Under the pieces are notes generated by a model that saw only the letters and a program-made list of their open reading frames with translations, searched no databases and was not told the DNA's origin. From Minisyncoccota bacterium (GTDB taxonomy: Bacteria > Patescibacteriota > Minisyncoccia > Phycocordibacterales > UBA9973), in assembly GCA_039915165.1 (NCBI GenBank), contig JBDSNU010000017.1:68041-119155 (forward strand): a stretch of 51,115 nt of DNA, read 5' to 3'. Made by a program: the position numbers and the translations under genes. Numbering within the stretch: the first letter of the stretch is position 1; each line of letters begins with the position of its first letter. Shown here one piece after another: positions 8,444-18,767 of this stretch.

Positions 8444-9931
8444 ATGGCATCAATTGAAGAACTCCGTTCTGACCGACTAAAAAAGAAAGCACTACTCGAA
8501 GAAAAAGGCATCAATCCTTATCCTGCTGAATCAAAACGAACCGATACTATTGAGTCATTCTCAAGTAACTTTGCAACATACGAATCAGAAAAGAAAACAG
8601 TGACAATTGCAGGACGCATCATGAGTAAGCGGGGACAAGGAGCTATTTCTTTTTGTGATATCTATGATGGTACAGGACGTGTTCAAGCATTTTTGAAAGC
8701 AGATGAAATGGACAAGGCCGCATATGAATTGTTCAACGACACTGTTGATATGGGTGACTTTGTAGAAATTACCGGTACTGCCTATATTACTCAACGTGGC
8801 GCAAACAGTATTTTTGTATCTGGTTGGACTATGTTGGCAAAAAGTTTGCTACCAATTCCTGATGCGCACTATGGATTGAAAGATGAAGATGAACGTTTCC
8901 GCAAGCGTTATTTGGATATATTGATCAATGAAGAAGTACGCGAAGTAGTATACAAACGTTCTATTTTTTGGAATACTATTCGCCAATACTTGTTAGAAAA
9001 ATCTTTCGTTGAAGTTGAGACTCCTATTTTAGAAAATACTACTGGTGGCGCCGAGGCTCGTCCTTTTGTGACTCATCACAATGCATTAGATATTGATGTG
9101 TATCTGCGTATCTCTGCTGGTGAACTATGGCAAAAGAAATTGCTCGTTGCAGGAATCCCGCGAACATTTGAAATTGGACGCATCTTCCGTAACGAAGGTA
9201 TTTCTAATGAACACTTGCAAGACTACACCCAGCTTGAATACTACATGGCATATGCTGACTATAACCAAGGTATGGACATGACAAAAGAGCTGTATCGCTT
9301 GATTGCTCAAAAAACATTTGGCAAAACTACATTTACTATCAAAGGCTTTGAAGTTGATCTTGATGCTGAGTGGAAGATGTATGACTTTGCGAAACTAGTG
9401 CAAGAAAAATCAGGACTAGATGTGATCACTGAAACATACAATGGAAATACAGTAGAAGAAAAAGATCTGATTAAAATCTGTAAAAAGTTTGATATCAAAT
9501 ACGATGACGGTGGATTAAATATTGTGCGTGTAGCTGATATGGTATGGAAAACAATTCGTAAAGAAATTGCTGGACCAGGATTTTTGATTGGTGTGCCAGT
9601 TTCAATGGAACCACTAGCAAAGAAAAGTAGAACCAATCCCGAAGTAGTTGAACGCTTCCAGGTAATATTAGCGGGTAGTGAAATGGGTAAAGGGTTTAGT
9701 GAGCTTAACGATCCTGTTGATCAAAAAGAACGCTTCATGCACCAGCAATCATTACGAGATGGTGGTGACGATGAAGCTCAGATGGCAGATATGGAGTTCG
9801 TCGAAGCGCTGGAGCATGGTATGCCGCCAGCATTTGGTTTCGGTCTCTCAGAACGATTGTTCAGTTTCCTGATGGACAAACCAGTACGCGAAGCCCAGCT
9901 CTTCCCATTATTAAAACCGAGAAACGATTAA
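8444..9931 (+). CDS. lysS: Lysine--tRNA ligase (class II)
   Basis: GGAEARPFVTHHNALD..YLRIS, FEIGRIFRNEG, ELNDPVDQ, EHGMPP; start MASIEE at 8444 directly after the dnaJ stop. Confidence 0.98.
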   Translation: MASIEELRSDRLKKKALLEEKGINPYPAESKRTDTIESFSSNFATYESEKKTVTIAGRIMSKRGQGAISFCDIYDGTGRVQAFLKADEMDKAAYELFNDTVDMGDFVEITGTAYITQRGANSIFVSGWTMLAKSLLPIPDAHYGLKDEDERFRKRYLDILINEEVREVVYKRSIFWNTIRQYLLEKSFVEVETPILENTTGGAEARPFVTHHNALDIDVYLRISAGELWQKKLLVAGIPRTFEIGRIFRNEGISNEHLQDYTQLEYYMAYADYNQGMDMTKELYRLIAQKTFGKTTFTIKGFEVDLDAEWKMYDFAKLVQEKSGLDVITETYNGNTVEEKDLIKICKKFDIKYDDGGLNIVRVADMVWKTIRKEIAGPGFLIGVPVSMEPLAKKSRTNPEVVERFQVILAGSEMGKGFSELNDPVDQKERFMHQQSLRDGGDDEAQMADMEFVEALEHGMPPAFGFGLSERLFSFLMDKPVREAQLFPLLKPRND

Positions 9932-9966
9932 TAAAAAATCCCTCATACACTGTGAGGGATTTTTTA
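9932..9966. terminator. Bidirectional terminator between lysS and cysS
   Basis: AAAAAATCCCTCA-tacactg-TGAGGGATTTTTT. Confidence 0.85.
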
Positions 9967-11340
9967 TTAGAGTAACTTGGTACCGTCTGCTGTATCAAGT
10001 ACTTCGTACCCAAGACCTTCTAATTGTCTGCGTAGTTCGTCTGACAGTTCATAATTCTTTTCTGTGCGTGCAAGATCGCGAGCGAGTACCATTTCAGCGG
10101 CTTCATTTGTAATACTGAACTTTGCTACTGCAGCAAGCCCTAAGCCAAGCACAGTATCTAGTTGTAATACTGTAGCCCATTTATCTTCTTCGAGAATCTC
10201 AGTATCAGCAATGAGTTCCCACACCGTTGCCAATGCTTTGGCTGTATTAAGATCCTCGGAGAGTCCTTCTTTGAATGCATTTATATATGATAAGTCTGCA
10301 TTACCAATGGTGTGATGGTGTGCAGCAAATTTCTCCAACTTGCGAAGCTGCTGCCACGCAACATCCAATGTTTCCCAGGTGAAGTTTAATGGCTTGCGAT
10401 AGCTTGTTTGCATAAACATGAGACGTACTGAAACAGGATTGATACCACGAATAGTAATATCATCAATGGTATAAAAGTTTTGCTTACTCTTTGACATTTT
10501 TTCGCCATCCACATTAAGGAAGTCATGATGAATCCAGTATTTCACAAACTGTTGATGGGTGGCACATTCACTTTGTGCAATTTCATTTTCATGGTGAACA
10601 GGAATGTGATCAATACCACCAGTGTGGATATCAATAGTTTCTCCCAAATAATGCATTGCCATAGCAGAACACTCTATATGCCACCCTGGAAAACCATCAC
10701 CCCATGGTGAAGGCCAGTACATTGCATGGTCAGCAAATTTGCCCACACGTTTGAACCATACAGAAAAGTCAGCAGGATTACGTTTATCGGGATCGATGAT
10801 CACATCATCACGCACCGCTACTTCTTTTTCAGAAAGTTTCTGGCCAGAAAGTTCGCCATAGTGAGGGTCTTTTGTAACATCAAAATAAATAGCATGCTCC
10901 GTTTCGTATGCAACACCGTTAGCAATAAGTTTTTCTACCAATGCAATCATTTGTGGCACATGGTCTGTAGCTTTCGCTTCGATATTCGGAGGGAGGACAT
11001 TGACCGCACTCATTGTGTTGTGAAAATAATCAGTATAGAACTGAGCAATTTCCCAAACAGTTTTACCAGCTTTCTTTGCCCCTTTTTCCATTTTGTCTTC
11101 ACCTGTCTCGTCTTCATCGCCTGTAAGGTGTCCGACGTCAGTAATATTCATAACGTGTTTTACAGCATACCCGTTCAACATCAATGTGCGACGAATAATA
11201 TCGTCACCAATATATTTGCGCATGTGACCGATATGAGTGAAGTCATACACCGTTGGTCCACAAGCATACATTGTTACTTGTTTGTCATTTAGTGGAATAA
11301 AATCTTCTATCGAACGTGATTTAGTATTGTAGAGTTTCAT
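9967..11340 (-). CDS. cysS: Cysteine--tRNA ligase
   Basis: MYACGPTVYD..HIGH, PGWHIECSAM, HHENEIAQ, KMSKS. Confidence 0.98.
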   Translation of the reverse strand: MKLYNTKSRSIEDFIPLNDKQVTMYACGPTVYDFTHIGHMRKYIGDDIIRRTLMLNGYAVKHVMNITDVGHLTGDEDETGEDKMEKGAKKAGKTVWEIAQFYTDYFHNTMSAVNVLPPNIEAKATDHVPQMIALVEKLIANGVAYETEHAIYFDVTKDPHYGELSGQKLSEKEVAVRDDVIIDPDKRNPADFSVWFKRVGKFADHAMYWPSPWGDGFPGWHIECSAMAMHYLGETIDIHTGGIDHIPVHHENEIAQSECATHQQFVKYWIHHDFLNVDGEKMSKSKQNFYTIDDITIRGINPVSVRLMFMQTSYRKPLNFTWETLDVAWQQLRKLEKFAAHHHTIGNADLSYINAFKEGLSEDLNTAKALATVWELIADTEILEEDKWATVLQLDTVLGLGLAAVAKFSITNEAAEMVLARDLARTEKNYELSDELRRQLEGLGYEVLDTADGTKLL

Positions 11341-11352
11341 AAAAATTAAAAG

Positions 11353-12270
11353 TTAGATCCATTTTTTAGCACGGAAGTAAATAAACATACACAGTCCTGT
11401 GAGGACCATTGCACCAACCACAATATAGAAATCATGTATCGTTCTGATAAATATTAAATTAGCCACAGTATTCATTCCGAATATTCCGGTGATAAGCGTG
11501 AGCGGCAACATTACAAAAGTTAGAATAGTAAATGTTCGGAGGATCTCATTAGACTTAGCAGAAAGCAAAGAGTCGTTGGTAAGCTGCAGTTCTTTCAATA
11601 GGTCATGGTGGCCCTCCAATACACTGTTTACCTTATTGAATTCTGAAGTGATAAGTTCTGCATAATAAACATAGCTATCACCAAAGAAGCGCTTGCTTGC
11701 TGTTTCGTATGAATGAAGAATATCTTTGTGAAAACGAATAGCTTGCTTGAAGTCTAATAGTTTGCGGTTTGTTTGAGAAATAATACGCACCATTTTTTCT
11801 TCTTTGTCATTGAAGATCTGGTGTTCGATTTCTGGGATGCGACTAGTGATCTCTTCAAGTTCTATGGCAGAAGCTTTGTATAACTGCTTCATCATTTCCA
11901 TAAACATAATACCGGCATCGGAAATGCGCTTGTTCTGATCAAGTTTTTCTACATTTTCAAATAGGGCGGCGAATTCAGTGATTGGGTCAATTAATTCATA
12001 TCGAACCGTAACAATAAAGTTTTTACCGATGATAAAATCTAATTCTTGATCATTCCTCAGTTTATTTTTTTTATTAAAAACTGGGAAGTGTAAAATAAGG
12101 TAAATAAACTCATCGTAGAGGTCAACTTTTGAGCGTAAAGTACTTGAGAACATTTCTTCTTCAACAAGCTTTGAAAGTCCAAATTCTTCGCTGATATGAA
12201 GAATTTCTTCCCGTGAAGGGGATTCAAGGTCTACCCATGTCAGCCCATGGTAGGCATAGCGAGAAATCAT
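11353..12270 (-). CDS. corA: CorA-family Mg2+/divalent cation transporter
   Basis: WVDLESP N-terminus; two C-terminal TMs with LITGIFGMN (GMN) motif. Confidence 0.9.
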   Translation of the reverse strand: MISRYAYHGLTWVDLESPSREEILHISEEFGLSKLVEEEMFSSTLRSKVDLYDEFIYLILHFPVFNKKNKLRNDQELDFIIGKNFIVTVRYELIDPITEFAALFENVEKLDQNKRISDAGIMFMEMMKQLYKASAIELEEITSRIPEIEHQIFNDKEEKMVRIISQTNRKLLDFKQAIRFHKDILHSYETASKRFFGDSYVYYAELITSEFNKVNSVLEGHHDLLKELQLTNDSLLSAKSNEILRTFTILTFVMLPLTLITGIFGMNTVANLIFIRTIHDFYIVVGAMVLTGLCMFIYFRAKKWI

Positions 12271-12344
12271 TACCGATATTGTACCACCTTTTTGCCCTTA
12301 CTCTATAGGGGGTAATCCCCAAAAAGCAGTCTTTTGGGGTATAG

Positions 12345-12372
12345 TTGCAAATTTTCCGGAAAAAGGTATACT
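12345..12372 (+). promoter_or_regulatory. rplU promoter TTGCAA-N16-TATACT
   Basis: Near-consensus hexamers at 12345-12350 and 12367-12372. Confidence 0.6.
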
Positions 12373-12391
12373 ATGGACTCAATATATTTAT

Positions 12392-12811
12392 ATGGCAACA
12401 GCAACAAAAACAACTAAACCAGCAGCGGAAAAAGCCCTTCCTAAGAGTAAGGCTACACCAGTTGCTGTTAAAAAAGCTCCAAAGATCACTCCAGATGAAT
12501 TCGCAGTGATCAAAACAGGTGGTAAGCAGTACCGCGTTTCAGTAGGTGACACAATCACTATTGAAAAGTTCAAAGACGTTTCAACAAAAGGTGATGCAGT
12601 ATCATTTGATGAAGTACTCCTTATGGATAATGGCGCAGAAACAACTATTGGTACTCCAATGATTTCTGGTGCTGTGGTAACTGGCGAGGTTGTACTCGTT
12701 GGCCGTTCTCAAAAAGTAATGGTTATCAAATATAAACAGAAAAGTCGTTACATGAAAAAGAATGGTCACCGCCAGCCTTTCATCAAAGTAAAGATTAACT
12801 CGATCGCGTAA
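12392..12811 (+). CDS. rplU: 50S ribosomal protein L21 with Lys/Ala/Thr-rich N-terminal extension
   Basis: FAVIKTGGKQYRVSVGD...KYKQKSRYMKKNGHRQPF. Confidence 0.96.
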   Translation: MATATKTTKPAAEKALPKSKATPVAVKKAPKITPDEFAVIKTGGKQYRVSVGDTITIEKFKDVSTKGDAVSFDEVLLMDNGAETTIGTPMISGAVVTGEVVLVGRSQKVMVIKYKQKSRYMKKNGHRQPFIKVKINSIA

Positions 12812-12815
12812 CTAT

Positions 12816-12845
12816 AAAAAATACCCTTACTAGGGTATTTTTTTT
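12816..12845. terminator. Bidirectional terminator between rplU and recR
   Basis: AAAAAATACCCT-tact-AGGGTATTTTTT. Confidence 0.85.
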
Positions 12846-12852
12846 GTTTCAA

Positions 12853-13494
12853 TTATTCTCGCTTCTTCAGTGATGCTTCCAGTGAGGCGGGGTCAGCGTA
12901 TTCTAGTTCAGCGCCAGTTGAAAGTCCGCGGCCGAGAGAGGTGATGTGGGGAGAATGGGTCGAATCCGCACCAGTTGTAAGTACCGGTTCAAGTAATTCG
13001 CGTAAGGCACTGTCGGTATGTTCACCGTTTGGGGTAACTGGAAAAGCTAAAATAATTTCACTCAATAGTCCTGATGCATTCTCTGTAGCTACTCGGTCAA
13101 TAAGTTTCTGAGCATTTGTACCTTGTATAATATCTTTTTGCACAATAGGAATAAGTCCACCAAGTACAAAGAATAATCCGTTATATGCAGTACGGGCGAA
13201 GCTTTCGATATCCTGACTTTTTTCTACAACAATAATACTGTGCTGGTCACGATGTTCATCGCTACATATATCACAAAGATCTCCAGAAGATCGAGTAGTA
13301 CTTTCAAAGATGCGCAGACATCGGCTGCAAGTATTGGCATGACTGCGTGCAGCAATTAATGCGCGGGCTAGAGAATCAACATATCCTTCTTGTTGAGTCA
13401 AAATAAAGTATGCAAAACGGCGAGCTTGGCGTTCACCAATCCCAGGGAATTTTAAAAAGAGTTTTGCTAAGCGGTCAACAGAATCATTATTCAT
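12853..13494 (-). CDS. recR: Recombination mediator RecR
   Basis: FPGIGERQARR HhH, C4 zinc finger, Toprim (IIVVE..D), GRGLSTGAELEYAD. Confidence 0.93.
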   Translation of the reverse strand: MNNDSVDRLAKLFLKFPGIGERQARRFAYFILTQQEGYVDSLARALIAARSHANTCSRCLRIFESTTRSSGDLCDICSDEHRDQHSIIVVEKSQDIESFARTAYNGLFFVLGGLIPIVQKDIIQGTNAQKLIDRVATENASGLLSEIILAFPVTPNGEHTDSALRELLEPVLTTGADSTHSPHITSLGRGLSTGAELEYADPASLEASLKKRE

Positions 13495-13497
13495 AGA

Positions 13498-14883
13498 CTA
13501 GAAATCATCAAGAGAAGCAGCTTTTGTAGTTGGTACGTGTGTTTTGTCCATATTAAGGAATGAAGTAGTTTTGCCATCAAATAGTAGTTCTACCATACCA
13601 ACGGCACCGTTACGGTGTTTCTCGATAAGGATTTCAGTAATATTGTCTTTTTCATGCTGCTCTTTGTAGCGGTCTTCTCGGTGAATAAACATTACCAAGT
13701 CGGCGTCTTGCTCGATGGAACCAGAGTCACGAAGGTCAGAAAGGCGAGGACGACCGCCACGTTGTTCAACGGCACGAGAAAGCTGTGACAATGCAAGCAC
13801 AGGTACATCAAGCTCACGAGCCAATTGTTTCAATGATCGAGAAATTTCTGTTACCTGGTTCACCATGTTGTCATAGTTTTTTGAAGCAGTCATCAGCTGT
13901 AGGTAGTCAATAACAATAAGACCTAGACCATGCTCACTTTTTAGACGTCGAGCAACAGCACGCATTTTCACAATAGAGTTACCTGCTTGGTCATCAATAT
14001 AAATAGGAGCTTTTTGCAAGCGACTTGCTGCTTCTTGTAGTGCCGTGAAGTGATGAGCTGAAAGGCCGTGACCGGTACGGATACTCCATGCATCAACGCG
14101 ACTTTCCGCTGAAAGCATACGTTGTACAAGTTGTTGTGCACTCATTTCCAAAGAGAAGATACCAACCGGAACACCAGACAGGGCAACGTTACGCGCCATA
14201 TCAAGTGCAAATGTTGTCTTACCCATAGAAGGACGGGCTGCAAGAATGATCAGGTCAGACTTTTGTAGACCAGCAGTAAGTGCATCGAGATCGTCATAGC
14301 CGGTTTTTATACCACGAATTTCATCTTTTGATTCACTGAGACGAACTGTTTGTTCCATAGTTTCAATCAGTGAAGACTTAATAGATACAAAGGCATTTTT
14401 TACATTCATACCAGATGAAATACTGAAGATACTCTTCTCGGCAGTATCAATAATGTCAGCAACATCCATTTCATTTTGATCGTACGCAATAGTAGCAATG
14501 TTTTCTGATGCATCGATCAGTGAACGCAATACGAATTTCTTGTACACAATGTCACCATAGTGACGAATGTTTACCGTCGAAGGCACATTACTCATCAATT
14601 CATTCAAATACGCATTACCGCCAATTTCATCGAGGCACTTTTTTTCCTTTAGTTTTGATGCAACTGACAAAACATCAATCGGTTCGTTCTTGAGAGATAG
14701 TTCAGTAATAGTTTTGTAGAGAATGTGGTGCTTGCGAGCATAAAACATCTCGGGAGTCAGCATATCAACGATATCGTGAATCGCTGCAGGGCGCAGCATG
14801 AGAGCTCCAAGGACAGCTTGTTCAGCTTCCAGGTCATGCGGTGGTACGCGAAGTGTATAAGTTGGAGCTGAAGGCTTTGGCAT
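13498..14883 (-). CDS. dnaB: Replicative DNA helicase DnaB
   Basis: PPHDLEAEQAVLG, AARPSMGKT, IDYLQLM, LSDLRDSGSIEQDAD; no intein. Confidence 0.98.
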   Translation of the reverse strand: MPKPSAPTYTLRVPPHDLEAEQAVLGALMLRPAAIHDIVDMLTPEMFYARKHHILYKTITELSLKNEPIDVLSVASKLKEKKCLDEIGGNAYLNELMSNVPSTVNIRHYGDIVYKKFVLRSLIDASENIATIAYDQNEMDVADIIDTAEKSIFSISSGMNVKNAFVSIKSSLIETMEQTVRLSESKDEIRGIKTGYDDLDALTAGLQKSDLIILAARPSMGKTTFALDMARNVALSGVPVGIFSLEMSAQQLVQRMLSAESRVDAWSIRTGHGLSAHHFTALQEAASRLQKAPIYIDDQAGNSIVKMRAVARRLKSEHGLGLIVIDYLQLMTASKNYDNMVNQVTEISRSLKQLARELDVPVLALSQLSRAVEQRGGRPRLSDLRDSGSIEQDADLVMFIHREDRYKEQHEKDNITEILIEKHRNGAVGMVELLFDGKTTSFLNMDKTHVPTTKAASLDDF

Positions 14884-14977
14884 TGGCTTTATTGTAGCAT
14901 TATTACTTCTTGAGAAAAAATTTAACGTAATCCACTTACTATTTCCAAAAACCCTTATATTTTGTTATGATATCCCC

Positions 14978-15949
14978 ATGCAATCCCCAAAACCTCGTTT
15001 AGTTTCAGGTGTTAAACCCACAGGTCGTATTCATGTTGGCAATTACTTCGGCGCAATTCGTCAGTTCATTGCCATGCAAGATGAATATGATGCCTTTATA
15101 TTTTTACCAAACCTACACGCTTTAACAGAAAACGTATTAACAAAGGATGAGCTTATTATGCATACAAATAATGCTGTGCTCGATTATTTGGGCGCCGGCT
15201 TAGATCCAGATAAGGTAACATTCTTTAAACAGTCTGATATATTAGCTCATACAAATTTAGCCTGGATATTTAATTCACTTGTATCTGTACCGTATCTAAT
15301 GCGAGCCCATGCATATAAGGATGCTGAAGCGAAAGGTAAAGAAACAACTGCGGGGACATTCATGTACCCAGTACTAATGGCTGCTGATATTCTTTTATAT
15401 GATGCCACCATTGTTCCAGTTGGTAATGATCAAAAACAACATGTGGAATATGCACGAGATATAGCAGGTAAATTTAATCATCAGTATGGTGAACATTTTG
15501 TGATACCAAAAGCATTAATCCAAGAAGAGACTGGTATTGTTCCTGGTGTAGATGGGCGTAAAATGTCAAAAAGTTATGGCAATACTATTCCCTTGTTTGG
15601 TACTGATACTGAAATTACAAAAGCAGTAATGTCTATCGTGACTGACTCGCGTGAACGGAATGAAGTAAAAGATCCTAATGAGCTAGTGTTATATCAGATT
15701 CATAAACTATTTAATTCATCAACAGAGCTTCGTGAGCAATATGCACAAGGCCTTGGGTATGGAGATGCGAAGAAATTGCTCGCAAAAGAAATTATTGATT
15801 TTGTAACACCTATGCGTGAACGTCGAGCAGCTTTTGCTGCAGACCCTAAACTTGTGCAAGAAATTCTTATTGCGGGAGCACACAAGGCTAACGATGTAGC
15901 AATGAAGAAGATTTTTGATGTGTACGAAGCGATTGGGCTGACTGAGTAA
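14978..15949 (+). CDS. trpS: Tryptophan--tRNA ligase
   Basis: SGVKPTGRIHVGNYFGA, YPVLMAADILLY, VPVGNDQKQH, KMSKS. Confidence 0.98.
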   Translation: MQSPKPRLVSGVKPTGRIHVGNYFGAIRQFIAMQDEYDAFIFLPNLHALTENVLTKDELIMHTNNAVLDYLGAGLDPDKVTFFKQSDILAHTNLAWIFNSLVSVPYLMRAHAYKDAEAKGKETTAGTFMYPVLMAADILLYDATIVPVGNDQKQHVEYARDIAGKFNHQYGEHFVIPKALIQEETGIVPGVDGRKMSKSYGNTIPLFGTDTEITKAVMSIVTDSRERNEVKDPNELVLYQIHKLFNSSTELREQYAQGLGYGDAKKLLAKEIIDFVTPMRERRAAFAADPKLVQEILIAGAHKANDVAMKKIFDVYEAIGLTE

Positions 15950-16294
15950 ATGACACTGCGTTTTGTAGAAGGAAAAAGTAGTAAAAAGGACGCAGTAAAA
16001 TACTGGCATATTTATGAAGGCACTAATCGTGCAGGGTATGTGTATGTCAGTAAATCAAAGGATGAGTTAATAGGAGAACATCTATCTATTAACATATTTA
16101 TTAATAAAAATTGGCAACGAAAGGGAATTGGAACTATAGCGTATATAGAAGTACCGAAGCTTGTTGCAGCAAAGAAACTGTATGCCCATATGGCTATATC
16201 CAATGCTGGTTCGTTTCGTGCTGCACTCAAGGCGGGATATAAGGAGATTATTAGTGAAGATTTTAAGCAAAGAGTTATGGTATGGAAAAAATAA
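15950..16294 (+). CDS. Small GNAT-family N-acetyltransferase
   Basis: WQRKGIGT acetyl-CoA motif, N..S..AALKAGY. Confidence 0.75.
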   Translation: MTLRFVEGKSSKKDAVKYWHIYEGTNRAGYVYVSKSKDELIGEHLSINIFINKNWQRKGIGTIAYIEVPKLVAAKKLYAHMAISNAGSFRAALKAGYKEIISEDFKQRVMVWKK

Positions 16295-18141
16295 TCATTA
16301 AAACTGAAAAAAGAAAAAGTTTTTTATTTATTGCAAAAGAGTCTTTTAAGTTAGGTTGGCAATTTCAACGCAAACACTTTGTTTGGTTTGTAGTACTGGC
16401 ATTACTATCTGGTAGTTTTGCATTTCTACAGTTCGGTTCATTTTCTATTCTCGTGAATGCAGTTGTTAACTATTTAAAAACCAGTACTGATTCACACCTT
16501 ACTTTTTTTGAAGTGGTACATCTTTTCAGAAAAACATTCTTACTCTTAATAGCGGCTTATCTGATTCCTACAATTGTCGCTCAATGGCAATCAAATGAAA
16601 ACACTGTTTTCAGTGAAAGATTTTTGTCATCAATGTCTAACTATTTTACAGTTAAACAATCTACCTTAGATATCGCGACTATTGAGTCTGCTGATTATCA
16701 AAATAAAATTCAACAAGGTAATGAGTGGGGTAGAAGCAGTATTACCGCACTTTTAAACAGCACAGTATTAAGCCTTAGCTCACTTGTTGCTGTTATCGTT
16801 TCAGCAACCGCACTCGCTTTTATTGATATACGTTTTGTTTTACTAGCAATTGCCTCAGCTGTACCTTTGTATTTTATTGAAGAAAAATTTGATCGAGAAT
16901 TATTTAGAGTTCGTAGGCTATCAACGGGAGATAAAAGAGTTATTAGTAATAGAATGGCAATTTTCATGTCCCCTGTATCTCTTATCGAGGTAGTAATGTA
17001 TGGGTCTGCAAAAAAATACCAAGACGAGGTAAAAAATTTAATGGAAGAAGAAGATGTAAAAATCTCGAAAATAAAATTGCGTCAGACATCCTGGCAAAAT
17101 GTTGCGAGAGTGTACGCAGTAGGTTGTATGTTAATCGTAGGCATTTTGATTGTATTGAAGGGTGCGAATGGTCAGATGCCTATCGGGTTAATGGTTTTTG
17201 CATTTAGTGTGTATACAAGTTTCTTTGCTTCGGCAACAAGTTTGTTTGGATATCTTGCCTTTTCTCTAGACTCTGCACGATATGCACAAATTTGGCTTGA
17301 TATTTTTGCCACACAGCCAAAAATTGTCTCAAAAGATAATGCAGTATTTTTATCAATTGATATCTCTCCAAAGATTGAATTTAAAAATGTTTCTTTTGCT
17401 TATGAAGGGTCAGAAACTAATGCGTTAACTAATATTAATGTAGTGATTGAACCAGGTGCAAAGGTCGGTATTGTTGGATTGAGTGGTGCCGGTAAAACTA
17501 CTTTCATCAAGTTGTTATGTAGGATTTATGATCCATCTGAAGGACAAATTTTAGTTAACGGTATAGATCTCAAAGATATAGACGTAAAAAATTGGCAACA
17601 AATCCTCGGCGTAATGCAACAAAATTACGGAAACTACAATGTCCCCATTTCAGAATCAGTTGCGATTGGTGACTTCAGTAAGCCTATTGATAATGATAAG
17701 GTAAAATGGGCCATTGAAATGGCTGGCGCAAAACAGTTTGTTGAAAAACTCCCTGATCAATATGAGCAATTAATCTGGAAAGGGTTCAAGAATGGTACAG
17801 ATCTTTCTGGTGGTGAAAGACAGCGATTAGCAATTGCTCGAATCTTTTATCGAGGTGCCGCAATATCCATATTGGATGAACCAACTTCTTCAGTGGATGC
17901 GTTAACAGCGAGTATGATTTTTGAAAATCTAGAAACAAAAACAGCAAACAAAACTGTGTTATTGATTTCGCATAACTTCTCTACAGTTAAAGAATCAACA
18001 AACATTCTAGTAATTGAGCATGGGGAAGTTATTGAACAAGGAACTCATGATGAGCTATATATCTTGAAGGGACGATACGCTGAACTATATGAACTACAAG
18101 CAAAATCTTTCAATGATAAAACGGGAAGTGTAAAAGTATAG
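16282..18141 (+). CDS. ABC exporter, fused TM and ATP-binding domains
   Basis: ~6 TMs; Walker A GLSGAGKT, LSGGERQ signature, ILDEPTS, ISH. Confidence 0.92.
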   Translation: MEKIIIKTEKRKSFLFIAKESFKLGWQFQRKHFVWFVVLALLSGSFAFLQFGSFSILVNAVVNYLKTSTDSHLTFFEVVHLFRKTFLLLIAAYLIPTIVAQWQSNENTVFSERFLSSMSNYFTVKQSTLDIATIESADYQNKIQQGNEWGRSSITALLNSTVLSLSSLVAVIVSATALAFIDIRFVLLAIASAVPLYFIEEKFDRELFRVRRLSTGDKRVISNRMAIFMSPVSLIEVVMYGSAKKYQDEVKNLMEEEDVKISKIKLRQTSWQNVARVYAVGCMLIVGILIVLKGANGQMPIGLMVFAFSVYTSFFASATSLFGYLAFSLDSARYAQIWLDIFATQPKIVSKDNAVFLSIDISPKIEFKNVSFAYEGSETNALTNINVVIEPGAKVGIVGLSGAGKTTFIKLLCRIYDPSEGQILVNGIDLKDIDVKNWQQILGVMQQNYGNYNVPISESVAIGDFSKPIDNDKVKWAIEMAGAKQFVEKLPDQYEQLIWKGFKNGTDLSGGERQRLAIARIFYRGAAISILDEPTSSVDALTASMIFENLETKTANKTVLLISHNFSTVKESTNILVIEHGEVIEQGTHDELYILKGRYAELYELQAKSFNDKTGSVKV

Positions 18142-18208
18142 AAATAAAAAAGCTATTTGATTTATCTTATTTCCATGCTTAAATATGAGAAACCAAAACT
18201 CATAAGCT

Positions 18209-18673
18209 ATGAAAAAAGTTCTTCACACACTTGTCGCATCAGGCGGCATATTATTGCATGGAAGTTCCAGTAAATTCGATGAAGTTCATCCGCATTATAC
18301 TGATAATGAATTAGCGATCTGTGCAACGCCATTTCCTGAAATAGCCATTACAATGGCAGTGCTGCGGTCTTGTGGACTTGGCCAGCGCGGATATACAGCT
18401 AGTATCAATAAAAATAGTTGTAACTTAGTAATCAGCGTATGTGAAAAAGTATTAGCTGATTTACTGTACAAAAATCCTGTAGGCTATGTGTATGCATTAG
18501 ATGCAAGTTATTTCTTAGAAAAAAGGGATGCGTTTGAATATAGAGCGTATAACTCTTTGTATGTACAGCAATGCATGAGGGTAACCAAAGCACATTTACC
18601 GTTTTTCCCGATAGAAGGACAGACCAGTTACAAAGTTCCATTAAATCGATCGTTAGCAAACCTTGTTAATTAG
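18209..18673 (+). CDS. Hypothetical protein, possible ADP-ribosyltransferase-like fold
   Basis: LLHGS...P...ICATP...GYVYAL...F...E motif order. Confidence 0.6.
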   Translation: MKKVLHTLVASGGILLHGSSSKFDEVHPHYTDNELAICATPFPEIAITMAVLRSCGLGQRGYTASINKNSCNLVISVCEKVLADLLYKNPVGYVYALDASYFLEKRDAFEYRAYNSLYVQQCMRVTKAHLPFFPIEGQTSYKVPLNRSLANLVN

Positions 18674-18678
18674 ATCAC

Positions 18679-18708
18679 AAAACACCTTGCCTATAGCAGG
18701 GTGTTTTA
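18679..18708 (+). terminator. Intrinsic terminator
   Basis: AAAACACCTTGC-ctata-GCAGGGTGTTTT. Confidence 0.8.
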
Positions 18709-18709
18709 T

Positions 18710-18737
18710 TTGACAATATTTATATTTAGGGTATAAA
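18710..18737 (+). promoter_or_regulatory. Promoter TTGACA-N16-TATAAA
   Basis: -35 immediately after the terminator; near-consensus -10 at 18732-18737. Confidence 0.55.
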
Positions 18738-18767
18738 TAGTAAAAATTCACCTTAACATAAATAAAA

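Noticed and set aside
13498-14883. Intein in DnaB
   Set aside because: Length (461 aa) and continuous motifs leave no room for one.
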